Of a stretch of DNA of 64,000 nucleotides, positions 26,276-38,850 are shown piece by piece. Under the pieces are notes generated by a model. It searched no databases, was not told the DNA's origin, and saw only the letters and a list, made by a program, of their open reading frames with translations. How positions within the stretch are numbered: the stretch's first letter is position 1; each line of letters opens with the position of its first letter. This stretch comes from Octopus sinensis (taxonomy: Eukaryota): NCBI RefSeq assembly GCF_006345805.1, contig NC_043003.1:17980001-18044000 (forward strand), in the 5' to 3' direction. The translations under genes and the position numbers were made by a program.

Positions 26276-27009
26276 TAAACTAATCGATTGTTAGATTAAT
26301 CGATCAATCAATCAGTCAATCAGGCTAGTCAATGTCCTTTCGTCGCCATTTGCAATCACGTCTCCCAAGATACAGTTATACAGAATTCGTATTTATATTC
26401 TAGTCATGTATTAACGCAGTTGATTAGCATATAAGATGCATATTTTCCAAAAATAAAAATGTCTAAAAGAATTACCCGGATCTTAATATGCGAAGCTTGG
26501 CCTCCCATAAGCTAATTTTGTCCTTTATGCTCACTACGAAAGGCTAATTTTTATTTAGATAGTCTCTTCTACGTAATCTGACTCCATGTCAATAGTAATA
26601 TTTACTTTAACATTATTATTATAAACGAGCAAACACCCCCGTCCAATGGACGGTGCTGAGTTGTCAAACATTTAAACCAAATTTTCTCAAAACAACTTGT
26701 CCGACCATCCCATAGGCCTCCCCTTTGAGAAACACTGATTTAACTTAAATTTGAGACACCTGCAAAAGAAGAAATAAAGATAGACTTTTTTTCTATTCCA
26801 AGAAAAACGATTTTACAAATGCACGTTCCCACGGCTATATCGATCGCATTCTCACCTGGAATCGATTTTTGTAATTTTTTTCAAGACTTATACATGCCCT
26901 GATACCATCGGTATCTACATATCAAATTTGAGCGCAATCGGATGGAGAATGCCCGAGATCCTAGAAGACACACACACACAGACAGACAGAACGGATTTTA
27001 TATAATATA

Positions 27010-27464
27010 TATTAAGGCTGTGAGGTGACAGAATCGTTAGCACGCCGAGCCAAATTCTTATCGGTATTTCGTCTGCCGTTACGTTCTGAATTTAAATTCC
27101 ACCAAAGTCGTCTTTGCTTTTCAGCCTTCCAGGGTCGATAAATTAAATATCAGTGAAATACTGGAGTCGATGTAATCGACTGGTCCCCTTCCCCAAAATG
27201 GCTGCCCTTGTGGCAAAGTTTGAAACCATAATTAATATTATTACCAAGGCGGCGAGCTGGCAGGATTGGGTAAAATGCATATTTCTTCTGCTGTTACGTT
27301 CTGAGTTCAAATTCCACCGAGGTCAACTTTACCTTTCATCCTTTCGGGGTCGATGAAATAAGTACTGGTTGAGTACTGGGGTCAATGTAATCGACTATCC
27401 CTCTCCCCCAAATTTCAGGCCTTGGGCCTACAGTAAAAAAATAATAATAATAATAATAATAATA

Positions 27465-27518
<54 letters not shown>

Positions 27519-28105
27519 GAGGCGGGGAGCTGGCAGAAACGTTAGCACGCTGGGCGAAATGCTTAGCGGTACTTCGTCTGCCGCTGAGTTCTGAGTTCAA
27601 ATTCCGCCGAGGTCGACTTTGCCTTTCATCCTTTCGGGGTCGATTAAATAAGTACCAGTTACGCACTGGGGTCGATGTAATCGACTTAATCCGTGTGTCT
27701 GTCCTTGTTTGCCCTCTCTGTGTTTCGCCCCTTGTGGGTAGTAAAGAAATAGGTATTTCGTCTGCCGGTACGTTCTGAATTTAAATTCCACCAAGGTCGA
27801 CTTTGCTTTTCAGCCTTCCAGGATCGATAAATTAAGTACCAGTGAAACACTGGCGTCGATGTAATCGACTGGTCCCCTTCCACAAAATGGCTGCCTGTTG
27901 TTCAGGCGCCCGTGGCTTTTGTATGTTTTCCCACGTGGTCCTTAAAGCGCCTCTTCTATTGGGAGTTTTAAATTGTTGAATTTCTAATCGTTATATATAT
28001 TGTTTACGCGTTGTAAAACCCATTCTATCGTCCTGTTTTTGTCTTTTATGTTGTATGTGTTTTAATATAATTTTATGTAAGCCCTTGTGGCCAATAAACG
28101 AATTA

Positions 28106-28149
<44 letters not shown>

Positions 28150-28520
28150 TTATTACTGTAACGTTTCGCAATGTACTGCTAGATCGTTTTAAATATTACA
28201 AGCGTTAATAAGGCGGCGAGCTGGCTAAACCGTTATAACACGTGGTACAGAATACTTACAACATCTCTGTCTTAACGTTCTGACTTCAAATTCCGCCGAG
28301 GCCTACTTTGCCTTTCAGTCTTTAGGGGTCGGTAAAATAAGTACCAGTTGAGAACCGGGGTCGAGGTAATCGACTTACGACCTCGTCCACACGCACCTCC
28401 AAAATTGCTGGCCTTGTTCCGAAATTTGAAACAAATATCAAATGTGTTAATAAGGCGGCGAGCAGGCAGAATCGTTAGGAGGCCGGACAAAATGCTTACC
28501 GGTGTTTCGACCATCGTTAC
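27010..28520 (+). mobile_element. Second SINE A cluster, with an interleaved LINE 3' end
   Basis: Heads at about 27013, 27245, 27519, 28208 and 28452. Confidence 0.85.
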
Positions 28521-28800
28521 ATTCTAAGTGCAAATTCTGTCGAGGTGTTTCTTGTGTTCTTGAGCAAGACACTTTATTTCACGTTGCTCTAGTTCACTCA
28601 GCTGTAGAAATGAGTTGCGACGTCACTGGTTCCAAGCTCTATCGACCTTTGCCTTTCCCTTGGACAACATCGGTGGAGTGGAGAGGGGCGACTGGTATGC
28701 ATGGGCAACATAACCTTGCCCGGACTTGTACTTTCTAGGTGCAATCCCATAGTCATTCGTGGCCAAAGATCTTCAACGCACGCACACATACACACATATA

Positions 28801-28856
<56 letters not shown>

Positions 28857-29159
28857 AAATTTAGAGGAATGACCACTAAAGTGGACACCCTATATGCTAA
28901 ACGTAGACGTCAAATCGTCATTACCACGAAGAATGTGTTCTCAAGAAAAAATCTCAGCAAAAAAAACAAGAGATTGCTGAGATTTTTTCTTGAGAAAACA
29001 TTTGACGTCTATGTTTAGCATATAGAGTGTCCATTTTAGTGACCATTCCTCTAAATTTTGTATGTAACTCAATTTTTAATCTTCGGATTTTTTAAATATG
29101 TTAAGCCACTGGTATTAATTGATTAATATCAATTTCTACCCTTATTACTTAATTTAAAT

Positions 29160-29195
<36 letters not shown>

Positions 29196-29401
29196 CATAC
29201 ATACATAGGTGAGAGAGTTGGTATGTGAAAGCACGTGGTTGGATGTATAAAAGACAAAAAAAGAATTAAAAAACTACAGAAGGCCAGTGTTATATGGTTA
29301 AAGAATATATTTAAATCATTATGTTAGAAAAATGTTATAAATTTTAGCGTAACTTAGTTTTTGGGAAAATAACCAGCTTCGTATTTTCTTTTCAAATTTC
29401 T

Positions 29402-29435
<34 letters not shown>

Positions 29436-29544
29436 TGAAATATACAGTTTATTTAGAGCTTGTTAATGTTAACAAAAACTCCCATTAATATACAGATAGG
29501 AAGATGTAGTGCTCGTTTTGAGCTATATTCAAAATGATATTTTT

Positions 29545-30698
29545 ATGAAGGCAACACAGGCGGAGTCTAAAAGAACATACCGTAAATCCTCGAGTATAAT
29601 CCGCATTTTTTCCCCAAAATTTAAAGGTCAAAATCCCTAGTGCGTACTACATACGAGGTTAAAAATGAAAAATATTTTCTAAGCAATGTCCGAGTCTCTA
29701 TTTGCTGTCCGGCAATGTTTATTCAGACTCATATGTGATGTCGGGCGCGAAAATACCTTAAGCTAAGCCTGAAAGCAATGAAGTCATAAAAGAATCATCC
29801 ATAACTTGCAGTAAGCAACATTTATTAAACGTTATTACTGTTATTTCTTTTTATTTTCTGCAAACAAAATGCACAAAAAAGCTACACGTTTGCATTATGT
29901 TATATATACAATAATAATAAAGAACGTTACCGAATAGATTTTTACAAACCAAGGACGTTATATAGACCTCCTTGATTCAAGTTAGAGAAGGGGTGCGTAT
30001 TGTACACAAGGTTTAGGTTTTTCAGAGGTACCCCCCCCCTAAATATCCCCTGCGTATTATACTCAAGGACGGACTATACTCGAGGATTTACGGTAATTAA
30101 AATACACATTCGAAACTTATATAAATATATATATTCTCTATAAAATGGAAATAAAAATTCCAGAATACATAAATTTATATAAATGGACAAATGTCGATGT
30201 TAAACATAAAACACGATTTAATTTAAGAAAAATTTCTATTGTAAGTATATTTAAAATTATAAACCGTCAGCAGGTTGACCGGTCCTGGGTTGTAAATGTG
30301 TTTTCGAACTTTGTGTAACATCCTGATGTGGGGAGTGCAATGATTAATAATATGAAATTTGTCTTATTTCATGGCACATCTCTGAAACGGCCCCGTAGAT
30401 GTAATCCTTATATTATATTTTTTCTTATCGTCGTTTTTAGTAGGTATCCTTACTACTTAATCCTCTCCAGAAAATTTTTAATTTCATCATATTATATTAT
30501 AATTTTAAATGTACTTACAATAGAAATGTTTCTTAAATCCAATCGTTTTTCATGTATTACATCGACATTTGTCTATTCGTGTATATTTATGTATTCTGTA
30601 ATTTTTATTTCCATTTTATAGAGAATATATATATTTATATAAGTTTCGGATGTGTATCTTAATTATGTCCTTTCAAACTCCGCATGTGTTGCCTCCAT
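29545..30698. repeat. Large foldback element (about 200-bp arms), left arm interrupted by a MITE; degenerate hammerhead at 30318-30402 (+) in the loop
   Basis: 29545-29579 plus 30094-30262 is the imperfect reverse complement of 30496-30698. The loop contains ACATC-CTGATGT-GGGGAGTGC...GCACATCTCT-GAAA-CG GCCC CG-TA-GATGT. Confidence 0.75.
29580..30093. mobile_element. Tc1/mariner-superfamily (Tc2/pogo-type) MITE
   Basis: TIRs CCGTAAATCCTCGAGTATA.TCCG and its reverse complement; TA TSD at 29578-79 and 30094-95; no ORF. Confidence 0.88.
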
Positions 30699-31163
30699 TA
30701 TATATATATATATATATTATATATATATATATACATATGAGAGGGATGACCATTATGTGGACAACCCTAATGCTAGAAGTAGATCCGCTATGGTCTTACC
30801 ACTAAGAAATGTTCTCTAGAAAATTTAGCAAACACCAGAACGTAAGCGAGCAAGACAAATGAAAAGTAACACAAAAATAGATTAATCATAAACAATGTTT
30901 CACTATCAACAGATTACGTAATTTTACTTACGCAAGTTGTCCGTAGATCTTCAGTAAGTTCGTCCATACAAATATAATTTGCAGAACTACACACCAGACG
31001 TCCGCACGAGGTCGGACATGTATGTAGTTCTACCTATAACACTTGTAGTTATATTTCAAAAGTCCTCGTTTTTGCGCGCTAAATTACCGGAAACAATACT
31101 GCATAAAATAATTCACTGCAGTAGCTTTTGCCGGTTTGAGAACGAATTAATTTAAAATTATAA

Positions 31164-31222
<59 letters not shown>

Positions 31223-31224
31223 CG

Positions 31225-31261
<37 letters not shown>

Positions 31262-31269
31262 ATGTATGT

Positions 31270-32100
31270 ATGTATCAAGTGATCAAATGTTATATTTAAT
31301 TGAAATTTAATCATCAATGTACTTTCTCTGATTATCTATGACTTCCCTCCATCTATTTACAAACTTTTTAATCCCATCAATGTAAAACCCTTTTGGTTTC
31401 AAAGCGAAGAACTGTGAAATGTCAGCTTCGACCTCCTCCTGGCTTGCGAAAGTTGTCCCCCAGATGATTCTGTAAACTACGAAACAAATGGTAGTCTGAA
31501 GGAGCAAGGTCAGGAGATAAGGTGGATGAGGAATTTTTTTCCCAACCAGCTCTTCGATCTTCTGTGATGTGATTTTTGTAGTGTGGGGTCGCGCATTGTC
31601 CTGATGAAACATCACTCCTTTTCGAATCACTAAAGCGGCTCTTTTTTTCTTCAAAACTTGGTTCAAACGCTCTAATTGCTGACAGTAGACTTGAGCATTG
31701 ATTGTTGCATTAGGTGGTAACACTTCAAAGTGAATTACTCCTTTGCAATCCCACCAGATAGAGAGAAGAACCTTTTTTCCCATGAAGTTCACTTCTCGGA
31801 TGTGATTGGGCTTTTTGCCTTTTACCAAGCCACTGTTTACGACCTTTAACATTTCGATAGAAGATCCATTTTTCGTCACCAGTCACAAGTCTATCCAAAA
31901 AGGGTAGAATGAGTTCGCGAGAATGGAGAGAAGAGCAGATGTCAACTCTGGATTTGCGGTTGCTTACGGGCAATTCATTGGACTAGCATATTTTCCTGGT
32001 CCCTTATTCAGAAGGTTCTCAGAATCCATTCGGACATTCGCATGAACACTGCTGCCATCTTGGTCATAAGCATGGCAAACGTTGCTCATATTAATCTCGA
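31270..32100 (-). pseudogene. Mariner (Mos1/SETMAR-like, DD34D) transposase relic
   Basis: LVTGDEKWIFY, LLSIWWDCKGVIHFE, FHQDNARPH and PHPPY motifs across ORFs 31725-31973 and 31307-31879. Confidence 0.92.
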
Positions 32101-32149
32101 AATCACGCACTGCATGTGATTCTGGGATTGCCGCTCCTTTTAGTCCAAA

Positions 32150-32980
32150 GTGTCGTTGTTGCGACTTCTGAGCACCAATTAAATGGTAGCGGAGGGTTTG
32201 GAATTTGCATTAAATTGCATATTGTTTTCCTCGACCCATTTATATATGGCATCTAGGTCTTTCAGTAGAAGATTAGCATCAGAAGGTTCCTTCAGTACTT
32301 GTACTACTTTTGTGTCGTCGGCATAGCTAGTAAGTGTGACTGTCTATGAAAACGATGACATGTCTTAAAGAGCCATCATGAATAGCAGCGACCCCAATAC
32401 AGTTCCCTGAGGCACTCCACTCTCTATTACTGTCTCCTTAGAAGGACTCTATTGGCTGCTACTGTCTGGCTTCCGTTTTTTAAGAAGTCATGCAACCATC
32501 CTACGATTTTCACTGTTATGCCGAGTCTCCGCAGCTGGTGAAATATCATCCTCTGACCAACCTTATCAAAGGCCTTTGCAAAGTCGAGATATATCACATC
32601 CTCGTTTGAGCGATTCATTAACTGTTTCAACTCCCAGTCATAGTGCTACAAAAGCTATGTAAGGCAGCTTCTTCCTGATCGAATCCATGCTGAGTGTTAG
32701 GAACGCAATTAGTTTCTTCTTGAAAATGTGTTCCATACGACTTTAGGAGGTTAGAGAGACAGGTCTATAATTTTTAGTATCTTCTCTGCTACCTCCCTTA
32801 AGGATAAGACATATTTTGCCTTCCTTTAACTTTTTGGAAGTCACCCAGCTGTGAGGAAGCTCTGAATTAGAATCTGAAGTGGTCTTGAGAGAGCCCTTTT
32901 GCATTTCTTTGGGAGGATTGTTGGGAATCCATCAGGGCCTGCGGCTGAGTTTGAGCTCATTTCATCAATGGCCGATATTA
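32150..32980 (-). mobile_element. CR1/L2-type LINE RT fragment
   Basis: DVIYLDFAKAFDKV, GVPQGTVLG, YADDTK. Confidence 0.88.
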
Positions 32981-33456
32981 CATCAGTTTCCTCTATTTTG
33001 ATGCTATCAATAACTGACATTTCTTTGTGTATAAATGCATTAAAAAAATTAGAATATTTTATGTATTTAGAAGTACAACCATTTTATTACACACGAATTT
33101 TATATGGACCCCCAAGGGTCATATAGACCCCGGTTAAGAATCACTGCTCTATAGAATTGTTATATTTTCAACTAATGTTTTTTCTCTGCGTCTGTTTTGT
33201 GTTCTGTATTTGTAATGTACTCCAACAATTCCGTGTTGTAATTGCATTGGCAAGTCGCGATTAAATGTCGTACAATATTTCTTATGTAACATTTTCAGTT
33301 ACAATGTTTATAACTTTGATGAAACCCTTTATATTAGATTCTTATTTCAAGGACGTTTTATGGCTTGCAGATTTGTAATTCCATATTCATGGCGTCGTAG
33401 TTTCTCTATATATATATATATATAAATATATGTATATATATATAATATAATATATA

Positions 33457-33498
<42 letters not shown>

Positions 33499-34410
33499 AA
33501 ATATTATTAGAGACAAAACCACTATTTTGCAAAACAAACAAGGAAAGACTTAATCAATACATAAAATTTTAATAAATAGTCAAAATAAATAGACGTCATT
33601 GATTGGTTGAAATTGCAGAGAAATTGAGAAGAAAAAAAATAACAAATATCTTACAAACTATAGAATTTTCTCAATAAAGCTAAGAGAAAAAGATGTATTA
33701 TAAACACATTCTACCAGGATACGAAGTTTAAAAGTGTTTGGTTACGTGGAAATTATTTTAAAAAACTGCCAGCCAAACCGAAAAGATCCCGATATTTTTT
33801 TTGTTGTCTTTATGTGAGGTTGCACCGACATTGCTAATTTTGATTTTCTAACGGTCTTTTTCCCACACTTAAAACAGCATTTGTTTTTTATTCAAACTAT
33901 TATTACGTGCCATACATTTTATTGCACAGTTTTCTTTTCCTTCTAGTTTTCTTAAGAAACTATTTTTTGACTATTATTAAAATTTTATGTATTGATTAAG
34001 TCTTTCCTTGTTTGTTTTGCAAAATAGTGGTTTTGTCTCTATATCTTTTATATATTTTACTATCAAATCGATTTAATCCTAAATCTGATTTTTTCCCTGT
34101 AAATTGGATTTATTCCTAATATTTATTATTATATATATATAATATATATCTATATATATATATATTATATTGATAAAAGTGTTAAGACAGCAAAAGAATG
34201 AGACCTCGATATTATGTAAATAATATCGACTCCAATTACTAAGTGATACTTATTTTATCAACCCCGAAAGGCTGATATTTGAACTCAGAATGCAAAGACG
34301 GACGAAATGCTGCTAAGCATTTTGCCCGACGTGTTAACGATTCTGCCAGCTCGCCTTCTTAATTAATATGTTAAAATATATTAATGGTTTTCTTTTTCTT
34401 TATCTTTTAG

Positions 34411-34668
34411 TAGACAGCTTCGGTAGGAATTACTTAATGAAAACTTGGCAATACAAACACCCGAAACATTGGTCGAGAAGCGAAGTATTAGATTGGATTT
34501 TTTGGTCAATTGAAAATGAGAACTTAGATGCGAGTCGAATGCGAGGTGAAGCATTTCAGAACATTGATGGCGTTCAACTATGTGAAATGACTGTAGAGAA
34601 ATTTATACAAAAGGAACCCGACTACGGTGCCATTCTCTTTCAAATTCTCAGCTCTCTCATTCACAAAC
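34411..34668 (+). CDS. EHF: ETS factor exon 2, SAM/Pointed (PNT) domain
   Basis: Translates as DSFGRNYLMKTWQYKHPKHWSRSEVLDWIFWSIENENLDASRMRGEAFQNIDGVQLCEMTVEKFIQKEPDYGAILFQILSSLIHK, with the PNT pattern HP..W....V.DW......LDAS...F..IDG..LC. Acceptor TTTTAG/TAG at 34410/34413; donor C|GTAAGT at 34668/34669. Confidence 0.93.
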
Positions 34669-34704
34669 GTAAGTTCTATTAATGTTTTATTTTTCTTATC
34701 AATA

Positions 34705-35326
34705 ACGAATTGTCCGATAATCGTTTTTTGGATCTTTTCGGTTTGACCGGCAGTTTTTTCTAGCGGTGTCATATGAAATTGTCACCCATAATTATGACCC
34801 TAGTATCGATCTATTGCATTTCAATCTGTTTTAGGGTTAGGGTTAGAGTTAGGGTTAGGGTTAAGGGTGGAGGAAGGGTATCTTTTTTTTCTTCACAAAT
34901 GTAAATAAACCCAATCTGTTTCTTAAACGAGGGACATGTTCATACGGCACAGAATGTTTTCACCACAAGACGTCATTGATTGGTTGAAATTGCAGAAATT
35001 GAAGAAAAAAAATACAAATATCTTACAAACTATAGATTTTCTCAATAAAGCTAAGAGAAAAAGATGTATATAACACCCATTCTACCAGGATACGAAGTTT
35101 AAAAGTGTTTGGTACGTGGAAATTATTTTAAAAACCCTGCCAAAAACCGAAAAGATCCCATATTTTTTTTGTTGTCTTTATGTGAGGTTGCACCGACATT
35201 GCTAATTTTGATTTTCTAACGGTCTTTTTCCCACACTTAAAACAGCATTTGTTTTTTATTCAAACTATTATTACGTGCCATACATTTTATTGCACAGTTT
35301 TCTTTTCCTTCTAGTTTTCTTAAGAA
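34705..35326. repeat. Interspersed repeat with internal inverted repeats and a (TTAGGG)n tract; 3' 360 bp duplicated at 33591-33958
   Basis: IR 34730-34759/35130-35159; TTAGGG x4 plus variants at 34831-34867; near-identical direct copy upstream of exon 2. Confidence 0.75.
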
Positions 35327-36851
35327 TATATTTAACACAGTTAATGCCGTTTGTATTCGACTTCTATCGTACTACATTTGTTATGCTGATAGTTTTAGTT
35401 TTTCTTTTCAATTTAATGATTTCAAAAGTCAGGCATTCTTTATTGTTGTTTTTTTTTTTTACTTATTTCAGTCATTTGACTGTCGCCATGCTGGAGCACC
35501 GCCTTTAGTCGAGCAAATCGGCCCCGGGGCTTATCCTTTGTAAGCCTAGTACTTATTCTATCGGTCTCTTTTGCCGAACCGCTAAGTTACTAGGACGTAA
35601 ACACACCAGCATCGGTTGTCGAGCGATGTTGGCGGGGAGGGGGGGACAAACACAGACACACAAACATATCGACCCCAGTGCGTAACTGGTACTTAATTTA
35701 TCGACCCCGAAAGGATGAAAGGCAAAGTCGACCTCGGCGGAATTTGAACTCAGAACGTAGCGGCAGACGAAATACCTATTTCTTTATTACCCACAAGGGG
35801 CTAAACATAGAGGGAACAAACAAGAACAGACATAGGTATTAAGTCGATTACATCGACCCCAGTGCGTAACTGGTACTTAATTTATCGACCCCGAAAGAAT
35901 GAAAGGCAAAGTCGACCTCGGCGGAATTTGAACCCAGAACGAAACGGCAGACGAAATACCGCTAAGCATTTCGCCCGGCGTGCTAACGTTTCTGCCGGCT
36001 CTTCACCTTAACTACTCGTACAGTTCTGTGGAGAAATAAAAACCCCGAGGAAGAGTCTTCTTTTTATGAATGAATACTTATCCGTTTTTCCTTCGTGGGA
36101 TGTTTTCATATGACGTAGAAACAATCAACAACACGGAGTATGCCGATATAAACCACGATGGATGAAAGTGCTTACGGTAGAACTTTCTGACCAGCAACAC
36201 CTGACATTTCCACAACAGCAAGCACACCTTGTGACATGATAAGAGTAATACCAGACTAACGCAAGAGACAATAAACAGATTAAAACGTGACACACCTCCT
36301 CACTAAACCAAAAGATATTATATCTATACGTGTTCGTTGTGTGTACGTGTATGTATGTGCTTCTGTTTGGGTGTGTGTGTGTGTGTTGTGTGTGTGCCTC
36401 TAAGTATCTGTATGTGTCTGTACTTGTGTATGTGAGTGTATGTGTATTTGTGTGTAAGTGTGTGTGTGTCTAAGTGTATCAATGTGCGTCTATGTGTGAG
36501 TGTGTGTGTGTACTTGTATGTGTGTGTGTACTTGTATGTGTGAGTGAGTATGTGTGTGTATCTAAGTGTGGTGTGTGTGTGTGTGAATCTAAGTGTATGT
36601 GTGTACGTCTATATGTGTGAGTGTGTGTGTGTGTACTTGTGTGTGGATGAGTATGTGTGTGTATCGAAGTGTGTGTGTGTGAGTCTAAGTGTATGTGTGT
36701 GCATTTGTGTCTGTGTGTCTGCGTGTGTGTGTGTGTAAGTGTGAGTGTGTTTGTGAGTGTACATGTGTATGCGTATTTCTGTGTGTGTGCGTGCGTGCGT
36801 ATGTGTTGTGTGTATATATATGGTGTGTGTGGTGTGTGTGTGTGTGTGTGT

Positions 36852-36887
<36 letters not shown>

Positions 36888-37138
36888 AATTGTGTATTTG
36901 AATAGTTTATAGTTTGAATTTTGTTGTTTATATTTAGGTCTAAGCGTGTGGTTAACAAGTTCGCTTGTCACTACACATTCCAGACCATTCCTAGCAATCG
37001 AATCTCACTCCCTTCATCAACACACCCAGTCACCACCATCTTGAATCTTAAATATGTCGTCGCATATTTAAAGTAAAATTTCACTTTCGTCACTTTGTGC
37101 CAAATTAAAGAATGCAACCAGATTATGTTCTTCCAGCT

Positions 37139-37202
<64 letters not shown>

Positions 37203-37515
37203 TGTTAGAATTTTAACTCGAGACACCCGAAGCTAGAAAAAATACCGCAACCTATTTCATTCACCGTACAACCAAAAGTCAGACACGCACAACCAACTAT
37301 ATTCTATCATCAATTAATTTTAATTGATTTATATTCCAGAGGTTGTCTCCCTTGCTCTTTTTCACATGAATTAAGTGATTGAAGTAATGACTGATTTCTT
37401 TTACTATAGGTGTAATTTGACTAAAACATTTCTTGACTCATTACATTAGGTACATCAGCGTCCACCTTACCGGTCGTTTTCATGCGGCAGGCACTCCTAG
37501 GTATTTACCACCTTC

Positions 37516-37741
37516 TAAGGCGGCGAGCTGGTAGAAATGTTAGCACGCCGGGCGAAATGCTTAGCGGCATTTCGTCTGCCGCTACGTTCTGAGTTCAAAT
37601 TCCGCCGAGGTCGACTTTGCCTTTCATCCTTTCGGGGTCGATAAATTAAGTACCAGTTACGCACCGGGATCGATGTAATCGACTTAATCCCTTTGTCTGT
37701 TTGTCCCCTCTATGTTTAGCCCCTTGTGGGCAATAAAGAAA
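37516..37741 (+). mobile_element. tRNA-derived SINE family A, full-length with an 18-bp TSD (more than 30 copies or fragments in the window)
   Basis: Head AAGGCGGCGAGCTGGCAGAA (A box), GAGTTCAAATTCC (B box), body ...GTCGATGTAATCGAC..., end ...AATAAAGAAA. TSD TAGGTATTTACCACCTTC at 37498-37515 and 37742-37759. Confidence 0.93.
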
Positions 37742-38850
37742 TAGGTATTTACCACCTTCACACCACTATTTTATAGTTTGGTTGCTGCGAAGAGGGGTAA
37801 AAGTTCGAAATATTATAATAGCGAGACGTGCGGAATGCGATTAAAATTTATCGACCGTTGTTTGATGAAGTACAAATTACTCGATTGCTAATTATTTCTT
37901 ACTGTCTGCATATTACGATCAAATTCATGTTAAACAGGTTGAACTTGCAATTTCCGATCCCTCCTCACCTGACTAATGTCAATTTTATGACAATAAGAGA
38001 TAAAGCATGATAAATTTCAATGACGCTTAAACTAAACTGTTCCGATTTATGAAAATTCTTTTGCATCAAAGCAAATAGAAAACCGTTGTTAATAAACGGC
38101 ACTGGAATGTTTGTCTGGCATATGTTGGGAAAAACCAAGGTGGTAATGCTAACCAAAAACCGCAAAAGTAAAGACGTGTATGTGTCATTGACAGAGAGAG
38201 AGAGAGAGAGAGTTTCTAGTAATCAGTATGATATGCAATCAATCTGGTTGGGAATTTTCTGCTCGTGGCCGATCTGGGGTCACCTCACAAGGCGCATGGC
38301 AAACTACAATCATGGTACTGTTTAGAAAAAAAACAACCAATTGCAGTACATGAATATGAAAACCACACCTGCAACAAAAAATATAAAAGCCATTGTAAGT
38401 CCCATAGCCGCAGAAAAAACAAAAAGATAGAAACAAGGTAGTTGGTGAGGTTCATACTCGTTTAACGAATAGACAGCCATGATGTCTCTATGTATGAATG
38501 TAAGAATGCATATTTGTATGCATGTACAGGATGTGCCCAGAATACACACACACACATACACATACACACACACACATGCACAACACACACACACATACAC
38601 ACACACACAAACACACACACACACACACTGAATGATTATAAAGTTAGTGTTTATTAAAATATATTTCATTTTCAAAATTTAATAGAATCTACAGACAGAA
38701 TTTTATTATCTAATGAGCGATTGTTTTTAAACTGGTAACCGTTCAGGTCCCTGGGGTCGATGTAATCAACTAGCCCCTCGCCCCAAAACTTCAGACCTTG
38801 TGCCTATAGTAGAAAGGATTACTATTATTATTATTATTATTATTATTATT

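Noticed and set aside
30900-30960. CTGAAGA on the minus strand as another hammerhead
   Set aside because: Stems I and II cannot be formed convincingly.
31307-31879. 190-aa ORF as SETMAR
   Set aside because: No SET domain; frameshifts at the WVPH/YSPDL-equivalent regions indicate a dead mariner.
34831-34867. Telomere or chromosome end
   Set aside because: Only about 5 degenerate units, embedded in an interspersed repeat within an intron.
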